A DNA stretch of 64,000 nt. Origin: the human T2T-CHM13v2.0 reference genome, Homo sapiens. Where the stretch lies: assembly GCF_009914755.1 (NCBI RefSeq), contig NC_060931.1; one strand, written 5' to 3'. Positions 14,424-29,760 of this stretch are shown piece by piece. How positions within the stretch are numbered: position 1 is the first letter of the stretch; each line of letters opens with the position of its first letter. The notes beneath the pieces are model-generated. The model saw nothing but the letters and a program-made list of their open reading frames with translations, was not told the DNA's origin and did not search any database. A program made the position numbers and the translations under genes.

Positions 14424-16208
14424 CCAAGGAATAAAATAGAAGATGTAAGAGGAAGGATAAAGGAGACAGTAAGAAATTGGGCTGGATTGGTACAGTTTAC
14501 AAGATTATAAAGGAACCTGAAAGTCGGGTGGAAGAGTTTAGATATATTTAGGTAGGAAATTGAGCCATTGAATGGTTTCAAGTAAAGATTTTTCTTAGCA
14601 AAAATTCTTATTGAATCATATCCCAATAAGAAGTATATTGTGATTAAAGGTGACCTTTGCAAAGCACTTTAGGGAAAGTACTTCACAGGCCTACAGCACT
14701 GAGCTCTAATTCTCCTCTGTGACATTTTCACATTTTCTATAGTTATAAATTTTAGAACGAGGATAATGAAAGCGCTTCGAGGTATTTACTATATGTGACT
14801 TGGGTTTTTAGTTCATTATTTTATTTAAGCATCACAAGAGCAATAGGAGATTCATATTATTATTCTCACTTTACAGATGTGGAGACCGAAGCTCATAAGT
14901 ATTAAATAACTTCCTCAAAGTCAAATATCATCTGATTCATAAAGCTATTATTAAAACCCAAGTCTATCTGATTACAAAGCAAGCACTCTTCTCACTATGT
15001 TATATTACATGATCGTATCTCTTTGAAGATGAAAACTATATAGCATGTTTTATGTGAAAATACAAATAATATAGTAATCTCTCAATATATAGGTTTCAAT
15101 ATCAGGTATGGAGAATGGAAGCAACAGTTAAGATTCAGATAATACTCTCTGATTTAAACTTGCAATAAGGACTTTTTGGGAGAAATTGGAATGTTGGTAG
15201 CTATATCCCATGATATCACAAAATATCCTCCCCCAGCCACACACAGAAACATACCTAAACAGCACAATAAACATAGTCTCTGAAGAACTGAAAGAAAACC
15301 TCAATAAAGTGGGAAAAATTTATGGAGATTTTATGGCCCTTCCTTCTTCCCTTTCTATTTTAAAACATTTATCTATAAGGGTCCAAGGTTTATATTTCTT
15401 CTCCCTTGCAGCTGCATATATTGTCCTTATTCTGAGATTTAATCTGAAACCCTAACCCAAAGCCATCCCTGTGACCAGGGGAAAATTGTGAGATTGACAA
15501 TATAGGTTTTCATACCTCTTAGATTCTAGAGTGTCCTGTATTGATTGAAATAAAAAAGTTTCTGATATTATACTTGTCAGAGGAATTTACATTACAACAA
15601 GGGCCTGTTGGTATAAAGAAGAGTAGGATTGCAAACCTAGTGAATGGCTGGAGAGCAAGATCTCTGTGGGCTAGAAAAGAGTGTTCAGCCCCTCCTCCAA
15701 ATCTATCATGTATACACTAATGCATTAACTTCAAGTCTGACTCAAACCACTTCCATATGTAATTCCTCAAGAAGAGAGCTGTGTGAGACTATGATAATAA
15801 GATACTACACTGAAAGGTTTTATATCCTTTACAAAGCACATTCACAAGCATTATCTCAACTAGGTTCACAAATGACATTCTGGGGTAGGTATTATTAGCA
15901 TCATCTTACAGATAAGAAAACAGAGATGCCAAGAGCTGTTCAAGACCCTAAAGCAAATGGGCAATGTTACCTCTCTAATCTAGCTCCTCTCCTTATGAAT
16001 CCACTATACGAAGCATCCCACACCCAGGTCTGGGCATTGCTCTCTTGTGCCTGACCATCAGCATAACTCACACTCCCCTCTGGGAGGATACTTATGACAG
16101 AGTATAAGTATAAGTAAGACTATTAGAGAATGTGGAAGCTTTACATGAAAGAGTGTGCAGCAGACAGGCAGTGCTAGAAACACTTGCCCTCATAAGTTTT
16201 TGGGATAC

Positions 16209-16311
16209 AGCCCTCCGCAATTATCTTAAGGGGTCCAGAATATTTGGGAAAGATGTCATATTACTATCTTTCCCAAATATTCTGGGCCCCTTAAAATAAT
16301 TGCAGAGGGCT
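16209..16311. repeat. Inverted repeat: 46-bp arms, 3 mismatches, 11-nt spacer
   Basis: 16209-16254 is the reverse complement of 16266-16311. Confidence 0.95.
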
Positions 16312-18231
16312 ATCTTACAGATTCTACTCTATAGTGGAGAGCATGAAGAACTTTCCAAGACTAGGCCCCACCAAGAGGAAATACTATCCACAGGAGCATG
16401 AGGTTCCAAGGCAGGAGTAGCAAAGATTCCCCAACAGGCCACATGTCATGGGTCGCCCCTAGGGTGTCAGGGACGCTTAAAACCTTTTGCTGCCATATCT
16501 ACAATGTGAGGTTAGTGTGGGTGAGCACCACCATCTCAGGTAAGAATAAACTCCTACTATATATGCCGGGCAGTCTGTCAGCATTCTGATGCATGAACAG
16601 GTGAATAAGGAGCTGAATATACAAAAATAGTGTTAAGAAACTTACAGGAAGTCCAGCATGGTGGCTAAAACCAGTGCTGAGATAGATTCTCTACCGCATG
16701 GAATATGATATGCCTGCCTTACAAAAGATACATGAAAAGCACTCCTGGAAATATGTAGAAAGGCACCATCAGAAGCAGACATGGGCTTTCCTTTGTTCCT
16801 CACACCCAGGCTCTTCGACTCCTAGCCAACAACCCATGCTGGTCCCCCTTGCTGTAGTCAAATCTAGGTACCTTAGTTGTCTTGGCATTTCATGATCTAG
16901 TGTGATAAATGGCTGATTTATGATGTGGAACAAAGTTGGGCTTTCACATTTACATATGTTACCTTACGGAAATTTCCCTTCCATCTCATAACTCCAGAGC
17001 TGGCATGTGGGTCATTTTCTTTTCCAGTTGGCTTTGTTAAACAGCAGCAAAATGTCTGGGCGTTTGGCCACAGCAGAGGGGCAGGCAATGCTTGACTGAG
17101 ATAAAGCCTGTTTGACTTGGCACATGTGCCAGAAACCCCTGAGGGCAGTGGGAGGTATGCTTTATCTAATTATTCATGGCCATGCTGCTGAGTGGAATGT
17201 GACATTGGCCAAAGGATAAAGATAGCAGCCTCTATCATCTTAGCATAGCCCACCTTGGAAAAGGAAGGCTCAGATTTAGAATACCACCCTCCAAATCTAG
17301 AAACATGGTCACCAAAAAATCTTACTTAAACATCTGGGAAGATGAAAACAATATAAGTAGAAATCTTCCCCGGTCACCTTCAGACAGCTTGGATTCAGGG
17401 CTCAAGGCCACCTCACTCTCTGACCTTGGAGAAGCCACATAGTCTCACTAAGCCTCCAATTACAACATAATGTGAATGACTTCCTGCAGAGCTTCTCATG
17501 AAGAGCTTAGGAGAATAGGAAATTGGGCTTTGGGCTTTTGGAGTGGAAAAATTTTAGGTGGATTATGCTATATTATCATTATAGTAAAATGTATACATGC
17601 CTAATTTTTCTGTCATTCATGGCTAGGAGAAATTTTTAAAAGAAGGGCCACATCTCCAGAGTTTCTAAAAGAAATCTAAAGATTTACAAAACCATGGGAA
17701 TTTCTTTTGTCTAAAGTTGAAGATAAAGTATCTACCTGATTAAACGAGCTCACTGAGGACAAAGACAGATGTAGTCTCATTCACCTCTGTATCTTGAGTG
17801 TCTGGCATGTAAGTGTACAGATTAATATTTGTTTTAATGAGTTAATGATGGAGAGAAAAGAATTAAAACTAAACAGATGTGTCTAATCCCATGCCTAGGA
17901 AAAAAATAGGTTCTTGATAAGTATTTTGTTTCCCCTTTTCTCCTCCCTTCCTTTTTATCCAACTTTGTCAAAGATACAAAGCTTCTTTCAGGTAGGCATC
18001 AAGCATTAAATATCTTTCAATAGTATTAACTTCCTAAGTAGATTTTTCTAATGTTTTCCTCATCTGGCTCTATAATCTTTATTTTGTGAGTACTTTGTTG
18101 ATGTTCTGTTCTTAAGTGGAGGCAGGGAGGATGGGTAATGGAAAAGTCAGAAAGAATGGCAGGATAGGTCAAATATATCCATACCACTGAGAAACAAAAC
18201 TCAATATATGACTAATAGAGGGTCAGTCATG

Positions 18232-18234
<3 letters not shown>

Positions 18235-18276
<42 letters not shown>
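18235..18276. repeat. (TA)21 microsatellite
   Basis: Direct read. Confidence 0.97.
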
Positions 18277-18278
<2 letters not shown>

Positions 18279-21200
18279 CACTTCAATAGAATTCTGTGCT
18301 GCATTTAAGAGGAGACAGGAGTGTTTTGAACTTAAGTGGATAGACTGCTAGAATTCCAGAAATATTTGTCAATACTGAACTTAGAATGAAAAAAAAAATG
18401 TGCAAGTTAGAGGATGCCTTAGGGATCATTCAGCTCAACACCTTTATTCTACAAATCAAAAAACTAAAGCTCAGGGACATTCAAAGTCCACATAGCTCAG
18501 CAGAATCCAGCCATGGGCTTCATCACCTCTGTCTCACCTTTTAAAATTGCATAAATTCCTAGCCCGATGCATTGCTAATGCCAAAATTCAAGAAAGCTGA
18601 TTTCACGGGGCTTATATATCACTTCACTCAAAAGAAATATTGGACAGAGATGCAGTGGTATTTTTAGTGATTCTTGGGTACAGCAGCCCATTTGGAATCA
18701 GCTTTTTTGAATAATAGGGTTGGCAAATGCCACTATGGCCTGATAAAAAGTAGAAGAAGCCAAGGGCCTCATACTGGCTTCAGATTTGAAAGTCAACTCT
18801 GATTTTGCAGATCATGTGTAGCAAAGATGATTGACACCTTTCAGTATGGACAACATGTTCAAAGAGGATTTGGGAATCATAAACTTAGCTCTAGTCCTGG
18901 CTCTGGTCCTGGTAATCAAGTCACTTAAAGATGTAGACAAGGCTATTCACTGCTCTAAGCACTCATAGGAGTTGGAAGAGACATTTTATAAGTTCCCTTC
19001 CATATGTAAGTGTCCATGATCCCATTATACATTTAATTAGCCTGAGAAAAATTTAAGCAGAGAAGCCTTGAGCCATGCAGCGAAGTTAGCTGACACATCA
19101 GCTTTACTATGTTTCAGTATACTCAACAAAGCATGTTTTATCTGTAAAATTTTCTCTTCATTACAGTTTCTAAACCCTCACTAACATGTATCAAAACAGA
19201 AATGATAATAGACTTTCTAATACCTTCAGGGTAAAAGGGATTTCAAAGCCATTATTTTCAGAGAAAATTGATGAGATTTATACTTTACATTTTAAGCCAT
19301 ATTTTCTATAAGCTCATTTTATTTTATAAAAAGGTTGTTACATGGGCAATGGTGATATTTAATATCTTTAATCTTATACATAAATCAAAGCCTTTGTTCT
19401 CTTTATAGGTTTTATATTGTCTCTAAGCTTCTGCCTAAAATACATTCAACAGGGTCCAGTTATAATCTTCACCAGAAGTACACAAACAGATCAATAAAGA
19501 CCTTGGGAAGACTCAATTGGGATACCTTGGCACCATCAGTTCTGGTTGCCTATTTGACTGAATCCATTTCCTGCTTCTGCATCCTTACACTGGTAAACAT
19601 CCAAAATGGTTAAGATCTAAAATACCAACAGAGTAAATGTAACTATAATCAGCTGTTTTTATTAATGATTTCTTCAAGAACATAACACAGTCCAATAAAC
19701 ATGGAGTTGTTCAATGTGGTTGTTCTAAAAGCAGCTAATAGCAGGATGTAATTTGAAGCAGCTTCGGCTCACTTACAGAACCCTTGCTCTGTTAATTGTG
19801 ATTTCACACCCCACTAAACAGCACAGCCTGGAGCTAACGTTTGCGCAGGGAACAGTTAGTATTCTGTAGTTCAGTTCTCTCCACTGTTGTTCCTCCTGTC
19901 TCCCTGTGGTTAACTTCTTCTTTTTTTAAAAGCTTAGTAGACTGAAGTTGTTCCCTTTCACAAGGAAACATTCTTTTTTTCCCTTCACCTGGCAGGAGAC
20001 AGCCTGTGGATATACCTATTATTTCGCTTTTTGCTTTTGTTTTAATCTTTCACCTTTTCACCATTGTTCTCAGAGCATACACTTTATGTTTCCTACAGCT
20101 GACCATCAATCCCTGTTATTAAACAATGGAATATATATATTTTTTGTTTTGGCTCATCCACACTAGTACCCTTGACTCTTTATTTAACTAACCATCCCCC
20201 TCAGGAAGTAAGAATATTGTCTAATGAAAGGAAAACGGCTGCAGGAATTCGAAGTCATTTGGAGGCAAGTAACAAGTCTCTGACTAGAAGAAAAATATAT
20301 ATTGGAAGAACCAAGCACAATATGTTACATCCACAGATGTTCCCAAAGAGGCACCACATGCAGACTAGATTTCATTCAGGGGAAGAGCTTTTAAATACAT
20401 TTTAGGCAAGACCCTAAAATAGAAATACCTGAATAATCCCCTTCCCCAGGGACTCCGATATTTCGTAAGAAAATTAAGAAGATCAAGGGTCAGCCTGGAT
20501 GATACCGGAGGCTTTCTTACTAAAACATTTTATAATCTATAAATACTCATATTTTAAAAACAAAAATTTAGTTACAGTGCAGGGGAGAGTGGCTATTTAG
20601 AGAATGGAGCAGTGGGACTATTACATTAAAAGGTATACTGTGAAATTTTTCATAGAATAGGGCTACTGTCCTGTTGTTCACTGATGGTCATGAAATTAAC
20701 TCAAAGTCCTCAAAAGAATACTTATCTTCTCCTTTTGGCTTACCCATGTCGAAGATAGTGTCATTGTTCTTGACATTCCATATGTTAATCCTCCGCAGTT
20801 AATAATAGTGAATTCCAAGACAGAGGTCCAGAGTAAGTGCTGAAGAAGAATTTGTTTAAATCAATACCCAAAGATCATTCAAAACACACCCAGATGCTAA
20901 CACCTTAGTTAGATATTTTATGCAAAGTTGAGGCAACATTAGTAATATTGAAAGAAACTTTTGTGCTCATTCTTTGTACAGCTTAAAATAACATATAAGG
21001 TGATATTTCACATGTAAAAAATCAGGGCTTATTTTCTAATTCTTACTACTGGCATAGTTTTTCTAGCTAATAAAAATAGCTTTTAAACAAAATCTGCTTT
21101 TCCCCTGATCTTCAGCTTTCCTCTGGGTGTCATGTGAAACACCATCCTTTGGGTGACATCTTGTGTGCCCCACCACAGGTCCTATAAAGTGGCAGCCCTC

Positions 21201-23899
21201 CCGTGGTGAAATGGGTTACTTGTAGGCTGTGAGAAGGATGCTTGGGTAGTTCAGCATCTACACTACTGAGATAATTTTGGCTACATTTCGCAGGAATTGC
21301 AGTTCAGGGCTTTTGAAATTCCCCAAGGTTATTACCCCATATGTATGCTAAACGGCAAAGTGTAAATGTCCTGTGCTAAGCCACAAGTAAAAGAAACATC
21401 TGGACAGTGGATAGAATCAGCACCAAACACGGCCTTGATGAGAAGGCTAATGGATGCCAGATGTGGAAACAAATTCATGTACAAAGGTCCCCTCTCTAGG
21501 CAGGATCATTTCTAAGTGTCGTGACCTAGAAGAAAAGTTCTCCTGAAACTGAAATGAAGCATGTATAGACTTCAGAAAAAAGTATTTTTGAGGCAATAAT
21601 AATGTAGGAATTTAAGTTAAGCCAACACAAATATGTTCTAGGAAAGAGAAGCACCAGATAGACAAACAAGCTGCTGGAGGTGCCTAGATTGTCACATCTT
21701 CCTTACTGCTTTTCAGAGTCCTCTGAGACATTAGGACACAATTCTCAACAGATGGGAGTTATAAAAGGAGTTATCCCCAGTCAAAAACTGGGAATCAGAT
21801 AATTCTATTCCACTACTCAGTGACTGAGGAGTCCTGAGCAAGTAGCACTTAAGTTTGCCCCTAAGCTAGTTTTACTCATCTATTTATAGCAGAAATCTTG
21901 GAAAGAGTAAATGAGCATATGTAAAGCAACTTGCATACAAGTTCAAAAAAAATTGGTTACTTTTCCCATTCAAGAATGAAGAAACTAGTGAAAAAGAAAG
22001 CTGAGGTTTGTCGTAAAGTGATAAAAGGAGAAAATATATATTCATTAATTTAGTCAACAAATATTTATTGCACACCTAATATATGCCTGGCAATGCATTA
22101 TATATCAAAAAGAAAGATTATGCTAATCTACACAGAATTGCTGCAGCTCACAAGTTTAGCTACGCTAACTAATTTACACAAAGCTTTCCAAGTATCTTGC
22201 ACTACAGTTTACTTTGTGACCAATAGCATGCTTGTGTAATACAGACTATGACCAAATATGTAACACCAGTTTTGTCTAGAATAATGCAACTTGGACAAAT
22301 CAAATGATGTAGGCTTTACTAGTTCTATGGGCTAAGTAACTGAATTAGCTTGCCCAGACTTGGAAACATATGCTGTGTTAGGAATGAAAAGAAAAAGCAT
22401 GAGGAGTTATCTTAGTGTTTCCTAGCCACTAAAGAAATTGGGCCGTAAAAGAGAAAAGAAGTGAATGGATAAAATCATTGAAACTGGTGCTGCTAAGATG
22501 AAATTTAGAGTGACAAGAGATATTTGCATCGTTCAAGTGACCACAGGTGAAGAATACAAGTTTAGAGCAATATCTTAAATAGACTAAAGTAGATTAAAAA
22601 AAAAAAGTGTGTGAAATCTGAATGGAAGAAGGTTGCAACAATCAGAAACAAAGATCAATAAAAGATTGATGTTATCTAAAAATAGCAACAGAGAAAAGAA
22701 AGCCAAACTTGGAGCTACTGTGAGCAAAACAGCAACTAGGACTTGGCGAAAGCTTGAGTACAGAGAAAAGAATGTATACCTAAAAGGTCAGGATAGGGAG
22801 GATAATTTAAACCAACTTTCAATACAATTTGTGTGAACATTTTAAATATGAGAGTCCACTGTAACTAGAAATATAGGGCATAAGGAAAATAATAGAAGTG
22901 GATATATGAAATATATTCTTATGACTGCCACCTATTGATATTTTAATCTTAGACCAGTGAGTTGATCTCTGCTGTCATCAATTTCCCCATTGTCTGAAAT
23001 GGCATCAGGTATCACCGTGGGCAAGACAGCCACATTCAAAGGTTAACTGCATCTGGAAAGAGCAGTAGTAATCCGAAGCTCTTAAGCTCTGCCATGCAGT
23101 TTGCCCATCCAGTTGGAAATGGTAATCTATCCCAACCTTCATGGTAGAAGCAACCAATTACGGCAATGAAGGAGGAGGCTGTGGCCCTCTTCAGATGTGT
23201 CACACTGGAGTGTGCTGCCAAAATAAATTTGAGTTATGTTTTGTTTAGCTGTTAATTGTTATCAGAGTCCCAACAAACTTCATTTACTGTATTTTGCAGA
23301 GATGCCGTCCTACTGCTCCTTGTATCTTTAGAACCTACCACAGGGCCTGGCACATAATAGACATAATAAGCAATTTTGTTTAAATCATTGAACATAATTT
23401 TTTGAACAGTGGAACATAGTAAAACCACAGTATAATTTCATTCACTTTTCAGAAATCAAGCTGTGAAAGTAACAGTTGCCTGACTTAGAATCTTCTGATT
23501 GGAACTCACTCTTCACCTTTCTCTTCCCATGCAGCCTAAACTATAAAGTTGCAAGTTCCAAATGTCAGGCAGTGTGTCACTGGTAGTATTTGTCATTTAC
23601 ACCCAGACTCATGGTTTCTGCTTGTGTACAGAAAGGATAACAAAGTGACTGGCTTGCTATTATAATGAGAAGGAGGCCTCTGCACGCCCATCACTCACTT
23701 GCAGTGAGGTATGGCATCTCATCTTCCTCTAGGACTTCTCACCAGGCATTAGAGGATTCTCTCATCAGAGTTAGTGCTGTTAGTAAGCCCACAGTTGCAA
23801 ATTCATGTCAATACTCCTGTGACCTATTTGTTATATACTGTCATTTTTAAAAAATGCACAGCCACACTAGCCATTCTTTTTCACTTCAGACCTGCTTTT

Positions 23900-24200
23900 G
23901 TTATTTTAAATTTTCATTGAAGTGTAATATACATACAGAAAAATGCATGTCATAATTGCACAGCTTTATGACTTTTCACAAACTGAACACACCTCATGAA
24001 ACAAAAGTCTGGATCAAGAAACACAAATTTGCCAGCACTCGAGAAACCCTCTCAGGCTTCCTACAAGTCAGTAACCTCTCATATTCACAAGAGTAAAATC
24101 TGTCTGACCTTACAATACTGTAGATAACTTTGGTATGTTTAGGCTTTTATATAAATGGATTCATGCAATACGCACTCTTTGGTGCCTAGCTCTGCCTTTA
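23900..24200 (-). mobile_element. Old L1M 3' fragment
   Basis: ATTGAAGTGTAATATACATACAGAAAAATGCA...TATATAAATGGATTCATGCAATA pattern of antisense L1MC/ME; boundaries approximate. Confidence 0.65.
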
Positions 24201-25688
24201 TTACTTGGAGAAATGGGCCCTTGTGTAACATACACATGCCATAATTTTATGCCCATAATTTGAGTATAATACAAAGAAAGGAAAGCAAACCTAGAAGCTG
24301 TGTTATATGAAGGCTTTGTGTTATTCTTAGTCTTTTTAAAGCACAGGTAAAATCAGAACCAGTTTAAAAGTTGAAAGCTATACAAGAGATATGTTAGTCT
24401 TGTTAGTTGAAAATCTGTCTCAAATTATATCTGTGTTGGGAGATTCCTACATTGAAATGTGTACAACAAGATAGTAGGGGTCAATATTCCCTGAAACTCA
24501 TCAAGGACAAGAGGGCAGAAGACAGCCCAGACTTGCTGTCACAGGCACAGTAGTTGCCATGGAATTTAAAGACTAATAAGTGTTATAGAGGACCCAAACC
24601 TCCTATAACTAAGGCCTCTATTGTGATGGGATAGTGAAAATTAAGTCAGAAACAACTTGGACACCAGAATTTTAGGAAATATTCTTCTTTTGACATTAGG
24701 GGTCAGTTAATGTCCTAGTCCAGATTGACTCAGGATAAGACGTGCCCAGCCCCCTTCTAACAAAACTCAGTACAACAGGAGAGGATCAAGGGAGTAAGGA
24801 TGCTAACATTTTCTGGAGAAACAGAATATATCAACTGAGTGTGAGCACATGTGTCCTTTTGAGGAGAAGGAGATGATCACTTTCCATCTTCTCCTGGCAT
24901 ATTATGGTATTTAGCACCCATAAACACTAAACAATTCAGAATTTACTGGAGACCTTGGAACTTTGATTCCCTCATTGCATCATCCGCACAGCCAGCAGTT
25001 CCCCAAGATCACACACCACCTTACACCTCAATGAGAAGAAAGGCAGAATGCTAGCTGATGGGGATCATTTGGAGAGTCCAGAACACCCCCAATTTCATTA
25101 GAGTCATTGATAAATTATCCTCACTCCAACAATTTTAATAATAGCTAACAGTTATTGAGCTAATGTTATGTTTTGTTTCATTTAATCCTAAAAAAACATG
25201 AAATAGGTATTGTTCTTGTCTTCATTTTACACATATATAAAATGAGAGCCAAAGAGGTGGCCATGTGCTGACATCATGAAGTAGATTCAAACATTTCACT
25301 GAAGAGGCCAAACCCTAACACAGTGGCTTTCAAAATGTTTTTTTAACATGTCCCAGTAAGAAATTATTTTACATTGTAACCCAGAATAAATATTCATATA
25401 CACATGCATACACACCAAAATATCTTAGAAAATAATATTCACCCTTTCTACATAAATGCCTTATATTCATATTTTGATATTTTTATTATATTTTAAGCTC
25501 TTCTATTTCCTTTTAAAATGCTCGCTGTGATTTGCTAATATGGATTATGACACTTGAATAGGTTGTGAAAATTTGATCTGCAGTTAGAAAAACTCTGATC
25601 TAAGGTACTATACCATATTGCCTTCCCAATCAATTTCTACTTGATTTTCTAGGAATGGATTTTATAAGAGCATTGTTAAATTTACCAC

Positions 25689-25896
25689 CAGTGGTGTGCT
25701 GGTAAATATTTAACAATCAAATCTTGGGAACTTATGGAGGGACTGATTTTTAGTGTTTGCTGATTTCTGTGATGTAAGCGCTCTCACCACGGCCAATTTT
25801 AAGGTGCCAGCATGGTGACACTGAACACAGCCTTGGGAAGAGATATGTGTAATTGGTTTTTGAGAGATGGTACCAGCCAACTACTGCATACTAATG
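25689..25896. mobile_element. MER63-like hAT element
   Basis: Starts CAGTGGTGTGCTGGTAAATATTTAACAA and ends in a degenerate inverted copy (GCATACTAATG); about 208 bp. Confidence 0.6.
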
Positions 25897-26614
25897 ATTG
25901 TCCACAGAATTTTCCAGCTAAGCAGAACTGAAAAAATATGTTCTAAGGTCACTTAAATGATAGGAGAGTTCCATTACGCCAGGTTTAACTTATCAATGGC
26001 ATTTAATTGTCTATCTGATGAGATCAGGATTATTCTAAGCCTGAAATCTCATAGTATCTGATATACACAAGTTGACTTCTATTTGAGTATGGGGTTCATA
26101 CATGCTATAACTTGAAGAACATCAGTTAGGCCTTGATACTTTACTATCTGTACACAAAGGTATCTACAATTCCATGATTAAAAATGTCTCTCTCTTTAAT
26201 GTTTTAACCCTGTGTTTTGGGCCATTCAAAAATTTGATCATCCCTAAATGGGTAACAAATTAACTTGCATTAATGTGCCAAAACTGGTGGTTTAATATAT
26301 CAGATGACTTGATTGTGGTAAGAGAATTGAGAATATGGGACTTCTGATAATAGCATAAAGAAAAGATGATTCTGGAGTCACTGAATTTCTGGAAAGAGCT
26401 GTCATTAATACAGTAGCACAGTGGGAGCCATCATGAAGCCTGTGGCCATCTGAGATGGCATCTATATGTAAGGGTATAAATGGGATAAAAGTTATGGGAT
26501 TAAATAAAATAATCTATGTAGAACATTAACCATAGTTTTAGCACATAGTAGGTGCCCAATAAATTTTATTATCTTTAATGTAAAGGGTATGGGAAAGACA
26601 GAGAGAGGCTATTT

Positions 26615-27135
26615 GGGAATCTTTTTGGGCAAGTTATATAAAACCAATTTCAAACTGATTTCAGCAAAACCAAAAGGGAATTTATTGTCTCATGTTACTG
26701 GGAAATTTTAGATGGATTAAGCAGCACGGGTGTCACTATATCCCCATTCCTTGGCTCTGCATTTCTCTGTGTTTATTCTCAGACAGGCATTTGTCTCATG
26801 GTGGTAAGATGCCCACCAGCAGCTCCCATACTTACAAGAGCTTACATGCATTCTTTTAAGCCACTCTACCAGAGAGAGGATGTTTTCCTCCTAGTGGTTC
26901 TGAAAAATTTTCTTAAATCATCCTGCTTGGCAATGATTTGGTGACAGGCTCATTCCTTAACCAACTGCAGTAGCCAGGGACATTTGACTCTGGTTAATCA
27001 GGTGTGTCATAAGCCACCCATCAAGCCAGGAATGAATTCACCTCACTTTAGAAGCATATGCATTGGTTCCCGAAGGAAAACTGTGGTGTAGTTTCCAGGA
27101 AAAAAAAAAAGGAAATGGATGCTAATCTGTCAGAC
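26615..27135. mobile_element. Old MaLR LTR (MLT1J/K-like)
   Basis: GGGAATTTATTGTCTCATGTTACTGGGAA, GGTAAGATGCCCACCAGCAGCTCC and GGAAATGGATGCT motifs; boundaries approximate. Confidence 0.55.
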
Positions 27136-27779
27136 CAAAATGGAAAAATTCAGCTCTGTTTTAGCTGATTGGGATTTTGCTTAAAAGTGAAACTTCCCAA
27201 ATGTTGAAATTTTATTCAGCAAGTCAATTCAGGTATGACATTCAAAAGGCTTAACAACTAGTATCAAGTTATCGAAATGGGCAGTAATCATAACCTTGGA
27301 AGTGGAAACTAAAGACCCTACTGTGCCAGAATCTAACCCTTTAGTTGCTGGGTCATAAGGAAATATGGGGGTTAAGGATGGGAGAGGGTAGGTGGAGATA
27401 TGCCAGAGAGGGGACCAGAATAGCCAGAAAGATGGAGAAATGCTCAAAGGGCTTGGTAGGATTGGCTATACACCAACTTGATGGAAATATTTAAATATTT
27501 TAACAACTGGTATGGCTGTACCAGTGTGTGCCAGCTGGGTTTAAGCCTTGACTAAATCTATTAGCAGCAATAAAATTAAAGAAAAATATTCTCTCAAATG
27601 CTACTTTCAGAAACATGGCTGTTGAATTATGGGGATGGCTCTTTTAGTAGAAGGCTCTAGAATGCCTAAGGGGGTTTCCAGCAAACAGGATATAGGATGA
27701 AGGCAAACATATATATACAGAGAGAAGTAAAATCAAACCATAAAATAAACAAAATGGTAGTGGAACTTTTCTCACTTTT

Positions 27780-29760
<1,981 letters not shown>

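Noticed and set aside
18642-18660. Exact 19-mer GGACAGAGATGCAGTGGTA repeated at 36393-36411
   Set aside because: The match does not extend on either side and the second copy lies in an L2 remnant; chance or old repeat debris.
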